A DNA stretch of 64,000 bases, from assembly GCA_964414795.1 (NCBI GenBank), contig CAYPWV010000004.1, forward strand, positions 1,591 to 65,590, read 5' to 3'. The notes beneath the pieces are model-generated. The model ran no database searches. It was not told the origin of the DNA and worked only from the letters and a program-made list of their open reading frames with translations. The DNA is from an uncultured Gammaproteobacteria bacterium. GTDB lineage: Bacteria; Patescibacteriota; Patescibacteriia; UBA9934. Both the position numbers and the translations under genes were made by a program. This document shows, piece by piece, positions 46,697 to 58,058 of the stretch (its first letter is position 1; each line of letters starts with the position of its first letter).

Positions 46697-47053
46697 CTAT
46701 AGTTTAATGTCGTTTGCAAACCTTCCCACCACGGGCAATTCCCATTTTTCACCTTTATATGCATGCCATGCTCCTCCAAGAACAAGAAGAATCATAAGCA
46801 AGTTATACACACACACCGCAAACCATCCAATAACAGGAATAAGCCATGCAACAAATGGGCTTAAAATTGCACCTGCAACACAAAGCACCGTTACTATCAA
46901 TCCCTGTTTCCCGTGCCAAAGAGAAAAGCTGTGTTTTTTTCCCAAATAAAGAGGAACAAAGAAAAGGGGCGGAATGTACCCAATAGCTGAAAACAAACGA
47001 GACTGTTCATCGGGCATCTGCGTCTTCGGAGAAGTTTCGGGAGTTGTATTCAT
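46697..47053 (-). CDS. Small membrane protein (2-3 TM), DUF4870-like
   Basis: Hydrophobic pattern only. Confidence 0.35.
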   Translation of the reverse strand: MNTTPETSPKTQMPDEQSRLFSAIGYIPPLFFVPLYLGKKHSFSLWHGKQGLIVTVLCVAGAILSPFVAWLIPVIGWFAVCVYNLLMILLVLGGAWHAYKGEKWELPVVGRFANDIKL

Positions 47054-47124
47054 ACGTCTTGATCGTACCAGATTCCTTGAGAGACGCCAAACAAAAATCC
47101 CAGCGTATTGCTGGGATTTTTGTG

Positions 47125-48783
<1,659 letters not shown>

Positions 48784-48815
48784 TCAGAAAGTTTTTGGTT
48801 TATGGTTGGGGAAAG

Positions 48816-49118
48816 TTACGCGATGATTGCCATGACGTCGCTTGCGCTTACTACAAGATACTTTTTTGTTTCTCCTCCGTCCTTTACTTCAACTTCATCC
48901 GGTGCGTATTTTTTGAAAATAATTACATCGCCTACATTCACTTCCATTGCTTCGCGAGATCCATTTTCTAGCATTTTTCCGGGGCCAACGGCAATAACCG
49001 TTCCTCGTTCGGGGCGCTCTTTATCGCCGCTATCGGGCAAAATAATGCCAAATGACGTTACGTGTTCTTTTTCCACTGCTGACACAATTATGTGACTTCC
49101 GAGAGGTTTTAACATCAT
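48816..49118 (-). CDS. groES: Co-chaperonin GroES
   Basis: Start taken at MMLKPLGSHIIV; mobile loop and ..GTVIAVGPGK..; the track start is an upstream extension. Confidence 0.9.
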   Translation of the reverse strand: MMLKPLGSHIIVSAVEKEHVTSFGIILPDSGDKERPERGTVIAVGPGKMLENGSREAMEVNVGDVIIFKKYAPDEVEVKDGGETKKYLVVSASDVMAIIA

Positions 49119-49159
49119 AAAGTATGGTAAAGAATTTTTTATCCTGATTTTTACAAAAA

Positions 49160-50596
49160 TCATTTTATCTCGTCAAGCACTCCCTGGTCGAGAGTGCTAA
49201 TTCTACTCTGCCCTCCCGCAAAAACAAGAGCAAAAGAAACCGCGGTATAGGCCATTCCGCTCCAAGATGTCCACAGGGCGTGATCGAAGAGAGCGAGGGA
49301 GAAGAGAGTGGTGAAGAGGGGGTAACAGATGGTAGACGGTAGATGGTAGATAGTGAGAGTCGAAAAATGAGACTCAGAAACATCTGTAGTCTGTCGTCTG
49401 CCGTCTGTAGTCTTGATACAAAGGAATATCCATACTCCTAATCCCAGCACTCCACACCCAACTACTCCCACTTCTGCAAGAATCAGCAAAAACACATTAT
49501 GCATCGGCTGGTAGGCCCACGCAGGAAGTGAAGCTCCCTGTACTTGCGCAACGGCCTGAGGATATTCGTATAAGCCCGTGCCAAAAAGACCGTCGCGATA
49601 CATGACTTGCCACCAAGTGCTCATCTGCTCTACGCGCTCTGCAATCGACTGTTGTTCGGTAAATGATTGTCCGCGCAGTGCAAGGATGCTCGGAGAAATA
49701 AATTGCAGCGACCACACGAGAACGGGAAGAAGAAATGCGAGTAAAAGTATTTTTTTATGCTGACGTGAAACTGCATATGCCGCGATGCTTGCACACGCCA
49801 TCGCAAGCGCTGCACTGCGAGATATGCAAAAGAGGACGAGGAGGATGGATGTGATCAAGATAGTTATTTGTAATGAGCTTGGTGCCATCTTGTGTCGGGA
49901 TGACGAGGTAGCTAGAGCTCCAAAAACAAGTGCGATTGCTACGCCAAAAATATTAGGGTGTGGAAATGATCCGTACATGCGCAATATTCTATCGCCATGA
50001 ACCGTAATGATCGCATCTCCAAGATGCGCTGCGTTGCGTGATGCAAGACCAAAAAATGTACTTGCAGGCGACCATCCCGCAATCATCTGCCAAACGCCCA
50101 ATAATAAAACGGGAATAAAACTCGCAAGCAACACTATAACAACACTGCGCACATCTTGTTTTGCGGCTTGATACGTTGCGTATCCAAGAAATATCGCAAA
50201 ACATATATTCAGTATCCAGGCATGGGCGGGGGAAGGATACGTGAGGAAAAAGATGAGGAGAGAAAACAGACAACAGATGGCAGACGGGAGACATGCGTCA
50301 TGCCGGACTTGATCCGGCCTGCCTGTCCGGTAGGCAGGCATCCATCGCATTAAGAAACGATGGATCCCGGGTCGGTGCCCGGGATGACGAATGTGACGAA
50401 CAACCAATCTCCATCCCACTGCCGCACCCAATGCAAGAAGCATGGTGACGTACACGCTGATGACGCCAAATTCAGATTCGGTGGTTCCGACTATAGGTTG
50501 CCAAAAGATGTAGCGCATTTGCCAGGGCAATAAAAAAAGACATGCGAGAGTGAGAAATTTCGGCCATTGTTCTCGTAACAATAAATACCATCTCAT
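49160..50596 (-). CDS. O-antigen ligase (Wzy_C/WaaL-like) family polytopic membrane protein carrying an in-frame REP-like repeat insertion
   Basis: Wzy_C-like RMYGSFPHPNIFGVAIAL. Residues ~65-100 (VRHIRHPGHRPGIHRFLMRW..DACLPSAICC) are encoded by the family-B repeat pair at 50296-50393. The 3' end (49290-49440) overlaps a partial family-A repeat, so the exact stop is uncertain. Confidence 0.55.
   Translation of the reverse strand: MRWYLLLREQWPKFLTLACLFLLPWQMRYIFWQPIVGTTESEFGVISVYVTMLLALGAAVGWRLVVRHIRHPGHRPGIHRFLMRWMPAYRTGRPDQVRHDACLPSAICCLFSLLIFFLTYPSPAHAWILNICFAIFLGYATYQAAKQDVRSVVIVLLASFIPVLLLGVWQMIAGWSPASTFFGLASRNAAHLGDAIITVHGDRILRMYGSFPHPNIFGVAIALVFGALATSSSRHKMAPSSLQITILITSILLVLFCISRSAALAMACASIAAYAVSRQHKKILLLAFLLPVLVWSLQFISPSILALRGQSFTEQQSIAERVEQMSTWWQVMYRDGLFGTGLYEYPQAVAQVQGASLPAWAYQPMHNVFLLILAEVGVVGCGVLGLGVWIFLCIKTTDGRRQTTDVSESHFSTLTIYHLPSTICYPLFTTLFSLALFDHALWTSWSGMAYTAVSFALVFAGGQSRISTLDQGVLDEIK
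49290..49440. repeat. Partial family-A repeat (inverted orientation)
   Basis: GTAACAGATGGTAGACGGTAGATGGTAGATAG ... CATCTGTAGTCTGTCGTCTGCCGTCTGTAGTCTTG is a palindromic version of the ACAGACGGCAGATGG module. Confidence 0.55.
50296..50393. repeat. REP-like family B inverted pair, located inside a coding sequence
   Basis: GCGTCATGCCGGACTTGATCCGG-(CCTGCCTGTCCGGTAGGCAGG)-CATCCATCGCAT ... AACGATGGATCCCGGGTCGGTGCCCGGGATGACGAATG. The reading frame of the host ORF is maintained. Confidence 0.7.
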
Positions 50597-51495
50597 AAAC
50601 CTGCTTGCTGCATATGTAAACGTACAAATGCAGAAATTGCCGCACGCCGATCATCATCATGGAACTTGAGTATATGATCGTTGATCACGACATGCGTAGA
50701 CTGATTGCGTTTTGTTTTAATACGCTCCGAAAAAAGCTTTTCCTGTATCCATCGCGCACAAGATTCTGGGAAAAAGAATGGGAGATGCACCACATTTCCT
50801 ACGGTCATGGACGAGACAATGCGAACAAGCTGCACGTGCGGAAGAGTCTCGCGCATCCACGTATTTTCTTTACAAAATTGCTCTCTCAGTGCATCGGATC
50901 CGCCAATCCATGCAAGCGACGTAGCCCAATACGCCAAATACCAATCTTCATCCCCTTCTCGTAGCGATCCGAGCGCAAGTGTCTGGCTATCCACAAAAAA
51001 ACTCAAACACACGGGATCTATTTCAGCCTCCCCCGGTCGCATACGAAACAAACGCAAAGGGAGCATGGCAAATAATCGTGCAGTCCATATTTTCCCTGGA
51101 CGCGTCACGATAAAAAGATCGATATCGCTTCCCCTGTGCGTGAGATGCCATGCTAAAGAGTTACATACCGCAACGCCTACAATGCCCGGAATACGCATAA
51201 GATACGATGCGATACGAAGCGCTTTTGCATGTTTTCTCTGCGCATCGAGATACTTTCTTTCACGTTCCCTTACCCACTGTTCGCACTCTTTCAAACTGAT
51301 ATACAGTCCAAAACGGTCGCTATGCGCACGAATCCAAACGGATTGCGCGATGCAGTCTTCAACTTCATTAAGCGTATAGACACGATCCGGAGCAAGAATC
51401 CATTGATGTGCTTCGCGATACGTGAGGGGAAACTGAAAATAGGCAAAATATGCCAGAGTACGAAAAAGAGCTTTTTCAAGTGCGGTGGGTTCCAT
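50593..51495 (-). CDS. Hypothetical protein with nucleotidyltransferase-fold motif (hG[S]x..DxD)
   Basis: LTHRGSDIDLFIV resembles the Pol-beta superfamily NTase signature. Weak. Confidence 0.35.
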   Translation of the reverse strand: MEPTALEKALFRTLAYFAYFQFPLTYREAHQWILAPDRVYTLNEVEDCIAQSVWIRAHSDRFGLYISLKECEQWVRERERKYLDAQRKHAKALRIASYLMRIPGIVGVAVCNSLAWHLTHRGSDIDLFIVTRPGKIWTARLFAMLPLRLFRMRPGEAEIDPVCLSFFVDSQTLALGSLREGDEDWYLAYWATSLAWIGGSDALREQFCKENTWMRETLPHVQLVRIVSSMTVGNVVHLPFFFPESCARWIQEKLFSERIKTKRNQSTHVVINDHILKFHDDDRRAAISAFVRLHMQQAGL

Positions 51496-51524
51496 ACCCC
51501 TATCCTACCAAGACCTACCATTTT

Positions 51525-52547
51525 CTACGACTTATCCATTTTAGTACGTCGGTCGCGACCGACGTACACAGATCCTTCACGAATTCCGTGCAGTGCACCA
51601 ATAGTAATGAAAATGAAATCGCGTAAACGAATGATCATCGTAAATGCAATTGCGGGAGTGCCTATACCAAGTGCGACTAACATCGCGGTCATACTTGCTT
51701 CAAAAAGGCCTAATCCTCCCGGAACAGGGATAAAAAGCACAAGACCTGGGATGGTGCTTAACAAAATCGCTTCTGAAAAAGTAATCGACTGACCAAAGCA
51801 AAAGGCAATAAACCCCATTTCCACCGCACGAAATCCTGTCATCATGAGCGAAAGTACAATGACCACCACAAGCGTGTGCGATCGTCCTGCAAAAAAATGC
51901 GTCATAGCTCCTTCAACTTCTAAGAGCCATTCCGCGAGTACCTCTATTTTTTTATGCTTTTTAAAAAAAGGACGCTGTAAAAAGGCGTGAAACACATTCC
52001 ATCCTTTTGCAACCGACACGAAAAACAACGTCATTAACGTTACAAAAACTCCAAGAATAATATATGCTGCAACGCCAAATGTGCCTGCACCCACGCCTGT
52101 AGAAAGCGCGAGTACCATGCCGAGCGTTACGTATAACAGAAATGCAGAAATTTCGAATGCCAAGTCGAGCACTACGGAACTTGTTGCGGTGTTTGTGGAG
52201 ATTCCGTCATGCGCAAGAAGGGCGACACGCACTGGCTCCCCTGCTACCTGGGCAGCAGGCGTAAGATAGCCCATTGCAAATCCACTCATGCGATGCAAGA
52301 ATAAACGGAAATAGGAGATATGTACTTCTTTTTGCATTTCTCCCAAAATAATCTTCCACCGAAGCGTATACAGTCCAAAATTCAGGAGCGAAATGCACAC
52401 GAAGAAACAAAACGGGAGTAAACCAAATTGCGTGAGCTCTTTCCATGTTAATACAATTCCTGCTTTCCACACCAAAAAAACAAAAAGCGCCCCGCCAAGA
52501 AACGTTGCAAAAATGGCTGCTACGATATGGTAGGTGCGCTCTTGCAT
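51525..52547 (-). CDS. Flippase-like (UPF0104/MprF-TM-like) membrane protein
   Basis: About 8 TM; LRWKIILGE...MGYLTPAAQVAGEPVRVALL resembles UPF0104. Confidence 0.5.
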   Translation of the reverse strand: MQERTYHIVAAIFATFLGGALFVFLVWKAGIVLTWKELTQFGLLPFCFFVCISLLNFGLYTLRWKIILGEMQKEVHISYFRLFLHRMSGFAMGYLTPAAQVAGEPVRVALLAHDGISTNTATSSVVLDLAFEISAFLLYVTLGMVLALSTGVGAGTFGVAAYIILGVFVTLMTLFFVSVAKGWNVFHAFLQRPFFKKHKKIEVLAEWLLEVEGAMTHFFAGRSHTLVVVIVLSLMMTGFRAVEMGFIAFCFGQSITFSEAILLSTIPGLVLFIPVPGGLGLFEASMTAMLVALGIGTPAIAFTMIIRLRDFIFITIGALHGIREGSVYVGRDRRTKMDKS

Positions 52548-52551
52548 GGAT

Positions 52552-53304
52552 TTACGTAAGAGTAAGAGGAGGTGTTTTCTTTATACGAGGCTTTCCTAAA
52601 AAGACTGCGTACATCAGATACGTGAGTACCGTACTCATAATAATATACATCGTAAGTCCTGCGGGAAGTGTCGTTGCACCCAAGATAAGCATCATAACCG
52701 GAAGTGCATAGAGCATGCTCTTGTTCATCGCCGCCGCCATGTCTTCATCAAGCGAGGCGGCACCTTCGCGAGCTACTTTTGGTGGACGTTGCGTAACCAT
52801 TTGCCGGGCTTGAATATACTGCGTAACACCCGCAATAATACCAAGAAGTGGAGATACCACACGCAAATCCATACCCAAAAAAAATGCACTCATCGTTCCG
52901 GGGTTATGCACAAAGCCATAGAGAGCTCCTGCATTCACCTCTCCAAGCCCTGCAGAAAGCACTTGGTAAAGCGCAATAAAAATAAACATCTGCACAATTG
53001 CCGGCAAACAGGATGCAAACGGATTCACTTTATGCACCTTGTACACTTCCATGAGCTCCTTTGCCATGGCTTCCTTATTGTCCTTCAAACGCTCACGAAT
53101 TTCAGCAATTTTTGGCTGAATTTCTTGCATTTCTTTTTGTGCCTTGAGTGATTTATACGTAAGCGGAAGAACAAGGGCTTTAACCAAAATAGTAACAAAA
53201 ATAATGGCAAGACCCAGCCCTCCCCACGCAGGAAGAAAATCGTACACCGCAACAAGAAGATTATAGAGCGGCTGATAAAGAACGATGTAGAAAAGATTTC
53301 CCAT
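52552..53304 (-). CDS. yidC: Membrane protein insertase YidC (short form)
   Basis: LAIIFVTILVKALVLPLTYKSLKAQKEMQEIQPK..NPFASCLP; 250 aa short YidC. Confidence 0.85.
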   Translation of the reverse strand: MGNLFYIVLYQPLYNLLVAVYDFLPAWGGLGLAIIFVTILVKALVLPLTYKSLKAQKEMQEIQPKIAEIRERLKDNKEAMAKELMEVYKVHKVNPFASCLPAIVQMFIFIALYQVLSAGLGEVNAGALYGFVHNPGTMSAFFLGMDLRVVSPLLGIIAGVTQYIQARQMVTQRPPKVAREGAASLDEDMAAAMNKSMLYALPVMMLILGATTLPAGLTMYIIMSTVLTYLMYAVFLGKPRIKKTPPLTLT

Positions 53305-53307
53305 AGA

Positions 53308-54576
53308 TTATGCTGCATCTGTTGAATTCTCATCAAGAACCTCGGGTGTTTCGAGGGAAACTTCGTCCGTGCTTGATACTTCTTCTGACGCAGAATCTTC
53401 GGCTGTAGTTGCAGGTTCAACCACCACACCTTCTTCTAAGATATTAATTTTCCAGCCCGTCAACCGAGCTGCCAAGCGTACATTTTGTCCTCCACGACCA
53501 ATAGCAAGAGAAAGTTGTTCTGTTGCTACTTTTACGGTTGCAACGCGTTCTTCTTGATTAAGATCTAGCGAAATAATTTTCGCAGGAGCAAGCGCTTGAG
53601 TGATGAAGTGCGTAGGATCATCATTCCATTCAATAATATCAATCTTTTCTCCCGAAAGTTCAGCGATAATGGTTTGAATGCGCGTTCCCCGCTGACCGAT
53701 ACATGCACCGATAGGATCCACACGAGGATCGCGCGAAGACACGGCAATTTTTGTACGAGATCCTGCCTCACGTGCAATGCCACGAATTTCTACTGCGCCT
53801 TCGCTTATTTCGGGAATTTCTGTTTCAAAAAGCTTTTGCACGAGCATTTCGTGCGTACGAGAGAGCAAAATCTGTGGACCACGTTGACCCAACGATACCT
53901 CTCGCACATACACTTGCACGCGATCTCCCGAGCGATACCGATCGGTGGTCATTTGATCTTCTGGGCGCAAAATTCCTGCGGTGCGACCAATATCCACTAA
54001 CACAATGCGACCTTCGCGGCGCTGGACGGTTCCGGTAATCACGGTTCCCTCAATATCTTTGTATTCATTGAAGATAATTTCTCGCTCAGCCTCGCGGAGC
54101 TTTTGCATAATGACCTGCTTTGCGGTCATGGCTGCCATGCGACCAAATTCTCCCGGCAAAGGCAGTTCGCGGCGCAACGTTTCGCCAAGGGCTACACTCA
54201 TCTTCAATACCCGTGCATCAGAAATCATGATGTCGGTTTTTGGATTAAATACCGGCCCGCTTTCCGAAGGAAGATCTTCGGGGATAACCTCTCCCGCAAT
54301 ACGACGTGCTTCACGAAGTGAAGACGCTTCCGCTTCTTTTTGACGAATTTCTTCAAGCTCCTCGGGAGAAATATCTTCAACAACGGTTTTTACATCAAAT
54401 ACGCGAACACCTCCCGTTTCGGGATCAAATTGCGCTTCGAGATTGTGATATTTATCACCAAAATCTTTGCGATACGCTGCAGCAAGTGCGGCTTCAATAG
54501 TTGAAAGTACCGATTCGTACGCTAAACCTTTTTCCTCACAAATTTGACGCATGGCTTGTTCGATTGCAGAAGACAT
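53308..54576 (-). CDS. nusA: Transcription termination/antitermination factor NusA
   Basis: N-terminal domain followed by S1 and two KH domains (..GIAREAGSRTKIAV..; ..IGQRGTRIQTI..; ..AIGRGGQNVRLAARLTGWKI). Confidence 0.9.
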   Translation of the reverse strand: MSSAIEQAMRQICEEKGLAYESVLSTIEAALAAAYRKDFGDKYHNLEAQFDPETGGVRVFDVKTVVEDISPEELEEIRQKEAEASSLREARRIAGEVIPEDLPSESGPVFNPKTDIMISDARVLKMSVALGETLRRELPLPGEFGRMAAMTAKQVIMQKLREAEREIIFNEYKDIEGTVITGTVQRREGRIVLVDIGRTAGILRPEDQMTTDRYRSGDRVQVYVREVSLGQRGPQILLSRTHEMLVQKLFETEIPEISEGAVEIRGIAREAGSRTKIAVSSRDPRVDPIGACIGQRGTRIQTIIAELSGEKIDIIEWNDDPTHFITQALAPAKIISLDLNQEERVATVKVATEQLSLAIGRGGQNVRLAARLTGWKINILEEGVVVEPATTAEDSASEEVSSTDEVSLETPEVLDENSTDAA

Positions 54577-54589
54577 AAGTGAAAAGTTT

Positions 54590-54680
54590 GAAGTTGATAG
54601 TTAATAGTTTGAAGTGATTGGTATCCTTCTTTCTAAACGAATGACCTGGCGGAACAGCCAGGTCAGATATATGCAGAATA
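54590..54680. repeat. Partial family-A repeat (GTTTGAAGT x2 + GACCTGGCGGAACAGCCAGGTC hairpin)
   Basis: Shares the GTTTGAAGTGA motif and a GGCGGAACA-type hairpin with the full copies. Located between the nusA start and the yraN stop. Confidence 0.5.
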
Positions 54681-54704
54681 CCTTATGATGTTCAGGAACG
54701 CAAG

Positions 54705-55067
54705 CTAGCCTACAGACGGAAAATGCTGCAAGAAAATAGGCTTTTGCGGAAACATATCCAGCGCAATAACGTCAATGCGATATCGGATATTCTTTGTACC
54801 GAGAGTGCGAAGATATGCGTACAATGTGCGCGTTATTTTTCTGATTTTATACGGCGTTACCGCTTGCTCGGGAGTTCCGTACGTGTGTGAACGTCGCGCC
54901 TTTACTTCAATAAATACCCAAATCCCTTTTGGATCTTTTGCGATGATATCGATTTCACCTAAACGTGTTCTAAACTGCCTTGCAACAATCTTCCATCCTA
55001 ACCGTTCAAGATACTGCGCTGCATATTCTTCCGCCCATGTTCCTTGCATTTGTTTTGTACTTGGCAT
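54705..55067 (-). CDS. yraN: YraN family (UPF0102) endonuclease
   Basis: QYLERLGWKIVARQFRTRLGEIDIIAKDPKGIWVFIEVKARR. Confidence 0.75.
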   Translation of the reverse strand: MPSTKQMQGTWAEEYAAQYLERLGWKIVARQFRTRLGEIDIIAKDPKGIWVFIEVKARRSHTYGTPEQAVTPYKIRKITRTLYAYLRTLGTKNIRYRIDVIALDMFPQKPIFLQHFPSVG

Positions 55068-55132
55068 AAAAGAAAAAACTCACCGAGTGGGGAGTTTTTT
55101 CGGGCAATACCTGTAATGTAGCACATTTTTTT

Positions 55133-55609
55133 CTACCGAGCGCGACGAGGAATGTATTTATGTTGCGCAATGCTTGTATTGCGACGCAACCGCTCTTCGG
55201 GCATTTCTCTTTTATAGTGAATAAAGAGCTTTCTTCCTGCATACACTATCCCCAACATCCAGAACAAAAACCAAAAACGAGAACCGAAGAACGAAATTTC
55301 TTCAAACGAAAAGAAGAGCCAAAAGAAACCGAGGATGCCCCACGTTATGGTTTTTCCGGTAAAATCTGCGAGAAAGTTTTTCATCGCTTTATCTACTTCG
55401 GCATTTCTTTTTGCAATGCGTGCAAGCATTGCTGCAATAATCATTCCCGAAAAAAGAACAAAAAAAGTAACGTTAAACACATGTCCCATCCGCACGGGAG
55501 TCATATCAAACCAAAAGGAGAAATCGAGAATGTTTAACATAGTTGCGTGCATGGTAACGAAGCGCTCCGTGTTCGTCAAAACGCTTGGTACACCCGTGCC
55601 CAATGCCAC
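55133..55609 (-). CDS. Hypothetical membrane protein (about 4 TM)
   Basis: ORF plus hydrophobicity; the overlapping plus-strand ORFs were judged less likely. Confidence 0.3.
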   Translation of the reverse strand: MALGTGVPSVLTNTERFVTMHATMLNILDFSFWFDMTPVRMGHVFNVTFFVLFSGMIIAAMLARIAKRNAEVDKAMKNFLADFTGKTITWGILGFFWLFFSFEEISFFGSRFWFLFWMLGIVYAGRKLFIHYKREMPEERLRRNTSIAQHKYIPRRAR

Positions 55610-56118
55610 GGCGTCACCTGTACGCGCTCAACTGCACGCAGTCCGGTATGCGCAAGCATAACATCGAGCTTTTTTGGATCGATACGAAAATCCCACCGCG
55701 GAGCAAGCACATGAGCGCCTTCGGGCGACCAATCTACCACCACAATTTTTCCTTCTTTTCCCAAACTTCGCGCAATGCGTAAAAACGTTTCTCCATGATT
55801 TTTAAACATCCATGCGGTGTTTACCACAAATACTACATCAACATCTGCAAGAGGAATTTCGTGTTCACCTTCAATATCCATCCACAAAAAATCTACATGA
55901 TGGAGCAAATACTGCCGACGCAAACCTTCAAGCATCTCAAGCGTATCGTGCGCAATATCTAATCCCACCACTTTTCCTTTTGCTCCTACGCGTGTTGCCG
56001 CAGGAAAAAGCACATGACCCGTACGCCCTGGCCCAATATCAAGCACGCACTGCCCTTCTTCAAGCCCGGCAATATCAAGAAGCACTTGTGTAGGAAGAAA
56101 TGCAGATCCTGCGCGCAT
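55576..56118 (-). CDS. Class I SAM-dependent methyltransferase
   Basis: VLDIGPGRTGHVLFPAATRVGAKGKVVGLDI is SAM-binding motif I. Confidence 0.7.
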   Translation of the reverse strand: MRAGSAFLPTQVLLDIAGLEEGQCVLDIGPGRTGHVLFPAATRVGAKGKVVGLDIAHDTLEMLEGLRRQYLLHHVDFLWMDIEGEHEIPLADVDVVFVVNTAWMFKNHGETFLRIARSLGKEGKIVVVDWSPEGAHVLAPRWDFRIDPKKLDVMLAHTGLRAVERVQVTPWHWARVYQAF

Positions 56119-56120
56119 AG

Positions 56121-56366
56121 TTACACACTAAAAACTGACCGAACAAATCCACCCACAATAATTTCAAACAGGTTCGTCATAATCATCACGCCAATAATGA
56201 TAATTCCTACACCAAGTAATTTATAAAATGTTGTTGTGCCTCCTCCGCCAAACGTACGATCGGCCCAGGGCACTGAGCCTAACAGCTCGTAAAAAAATCT
56301 CGTTTTCCATACAAAGCAAAAACCTACAAAGCCGATAACCATTCCAAGAAGAATACGCGTGAGCAT
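56121..56366 (-). CDS. Small membrane protein (81 aa)
   Basis: Two TM helices; ORF only. Confidence 0.3.
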   Translation of the reverse strand: MLTRILLGMVIGFVGFCFVWKTRFFYELLGSVPWADRTFGGGGTTTFYKLLGVGIIIIGVMIMTNLFEIIVGGFVRSVFSV

Positions 56367-56427
56367 AGAGTATTCGCAGTATACAACAAAAAAACCTCAA
56401 AACTCTTCAAGAGTAATGAGGATTTTT

Positions 56428-56504
56428 TGGTGGACGCTGAGGGATTCGAACCCGCGACCCTCTCGGTGTAAACGAGATGCTCTAACCAGCTGAGCTAAGC
56501 GTCC
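56428..56504 (-). tRNA. tRNA-Val (anticodon TAC)
   Basis: RC GGACGCTTAGCTCAGCTGGTTAGAGCATCTCGTTTACACCGAGAGGGTCGCGGGTTCGAATCCCCTCAGCGTCCACCA; anticodon stem TCTCG/CGAGA, loop TTTACAC. Confidence 0.85.
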
Positions 56505-56596
56505 TTACTGTTGGGAACGAAAAAGAGAATACAACATCCTTTTGGTCTTGCCAAGGGTTTCATCCTTTAGTATTCTTTCCCGGCTTACAGAAACCT

Positions 56597-56683
56597 GCGG
56601 ACGTGGCGGAATTGGTATACGCGCTAGCTTGAGGGGCTAGTGCCAGCAATGGCTTGAGGGTTCGAGTCCCTCCGTCCGCACCA
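56597..56683 (+). tRNA. tRNA-Leu (anticodon GAG), type II with long variable arm
   Basis: Acceptor GCGGACG/CGTCCGC, anticodon stem CTAGC/GCTAG, loop TTGAGGG, variable arm TGCCAGCAATGGC, T-arm GAGGG-TTCGAGT-CCCTC, CCA. Confidence 0.85.
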
Positions 56684-56685
56684 GA

Positions 56686-56716
56686 AAAAGCTCAACTTCG
56701 GTTGAGTCTTTTTTGT
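56686..56716 (+). terminator. Intrinsic terminator (GCTCAAC-TTCG-GTTGAGTC + TTTTTTG) after tRNA-Leu
   Basis: Seen directly. Confidence 0.6.
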
Positions 56717-56765
56717 TGAAAAAATAATTGTTTTCAAATCCCTTCCCTGGTATGCTTTTCTCACT

Positions 56766-57428
56766 ATGTCTTTTGGACTTTCTCGCGGTTTCCGCTTTGG
56801 GCTGTACGGTATTGCGGTTTTTATTCTTGCGGCAAGTATGTATGCCCTGGCAAAACCTTCGGTAAGCGGAAGTGTTCCTCCGGTTTCTGAAGCCGATCAC
56901 GCACGGGGCGGCACAAGCGCCCCAGTAACGCTTATTGAATATTCAGATTTTCAATGCCCTGCATGTGCGGCATTTGAACCGCTTCTTGCAAACGTCCTCA
57001 CAGTCTATGGAGATAATCTCCAGGTTGTTTATCGCCACTTCCCCCTCTTCACTATCCATGCAAATGCCGAAGAAGCTGCCTATGCATCCGAAGCAGCTGC
57101 ACAGCAGGGAAAGTTCTGGGAAATGCACGACCTTCTCCTTGATCGCCAGGCTGACTGGGAAAATCTTGCAGACACTACAGATATGTTTGTCGCATATGCG
57201 GATATTCTTGGGTTAAATGTTGAACAATTTAAAACCGATCTTACCAGTGATGTGGTAAAAGATCGTGTAAAGGTTGATGTAAAATCCGCAAACGCAGCGA
57301 ATATCAACTCAACTCCAACATTCTATCTCAACGGAACTGCGCTTTCTTTTCCAAAGACAGAAAGCCCTGAAGTGTATTTAAGGGCACAGATTGACGCTGT
57401 ACTTGCTGCAACACAACCAACGCCGTAA
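56766..57428 (+). CDS. DsbA-like thioredoxin-fold thiol:disulfide oxidoreductase, membrane-anchored
   Basis: N-terminal TM and CxxC active site in YSDFQCPACAAFEP. Confidence 0.75.
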   Translation: MSFGLSRGFRFGLYGIAVFILAASMYALAKPSVSGSVPPVSEADHARGGTSAPVTLIEYSDFQCPACAAFEPLLANVLTVYGDNLQVVYRHFPLFTIHANAEEAAYASEAAAQQGKFWEMHDLLLDRQADWENLADTTDMFVAYADILGLNVEQFKTDLTSDVVKDRVKVDVKSANAANINSTPTFYLNGTALSFPKTESPEVYLRAQIDAVLAATQPTP

Positions 57429-57531
57429 ATGTACGGGCGGATCAACGTATCCGCCCCCGAATTCTCGTCTTAATACTTCATTTTCACGATCTCATTATGA
57501 GACGCCATAACATGGCGTCTCTACGCCCTCT

Positions 57532-57963
57532 ATGCTTCCAAAATGGACTCCTGTTATCGCTCTTCTTGCATTTATTGGTCTTGCCGATGCTCTTTACCTT
57601 ACCTTGAGTCACTATTTCGGCATTCCTCTTGCATGTGGTCCCTTTTCGGGATGCGAAACGGTAACGTCGAGTGCGTATTCTGTAATATATGGCGTTCCTG
57701 TTGCTCTTGGCGGTGTATTTTATTACACGGCAATGTTCTTTGGCATCCTATTTGCGTGGGAATACAAATCAGTCACGTATTTTAGATATCTGTGTCTTTT
57801 CTCCGTGTGCGGAGTGCTCGCTTCTGGATGGTTTGTATTTGTGATGGCGTTTTTGCTCCACGCGTGGTGTACCTACTGTCTTATTTCCGCAACCACGTCG
57901 ACATTACTGTTTATAACGTGCATGTACGGACGATATGTCACGAAACCGAATATTATTGCCTAG
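57532..57963 (+). CDS. Vitamin K epoxide reductase (VKOR) family protein; DsbB-functional analogue
   Basis: Four TM; loop Cys pair (..CGPFSGC..) and CxxC (WCTYC) in the last helix, as in bacterial VKOR. Adjacent to the DsbA-like gene. Confidence 0.7.
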   Translation: MLPKWTPVIALLAFIGLADALYLTLSHYFGIPLACGPFSGCETVTSSAYSVIYGVPVALGGVFYYTAMFFGILFAWEYKSVTYFRYLCLFSVCGVLASGWFVFVMAFLLHAWCTYCLISATTSTLLFITCMYGRYVTKPNIIA

Positions 57964-58058
57964 CCCAAACGTCCATACTGCGCAGTGAAAAGAGAGGGGG
58001 TAATTTCGAGATGTAAAATAAAAAGCTACAAAAAAATCTCTCCTTAAACGGAGAGATT

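Noticed and set aside
55160-55661. Plus-strand ORFs 55160..55537 and 55335..55661 opposite the 55133..55609 membrane-protein ORF
   Set aside because: The minus-strand product has clear TM helices and fits the local gene orientation. The plus ORFs are K/R/E-rich low-complexity; they are not rejected with high certainty.
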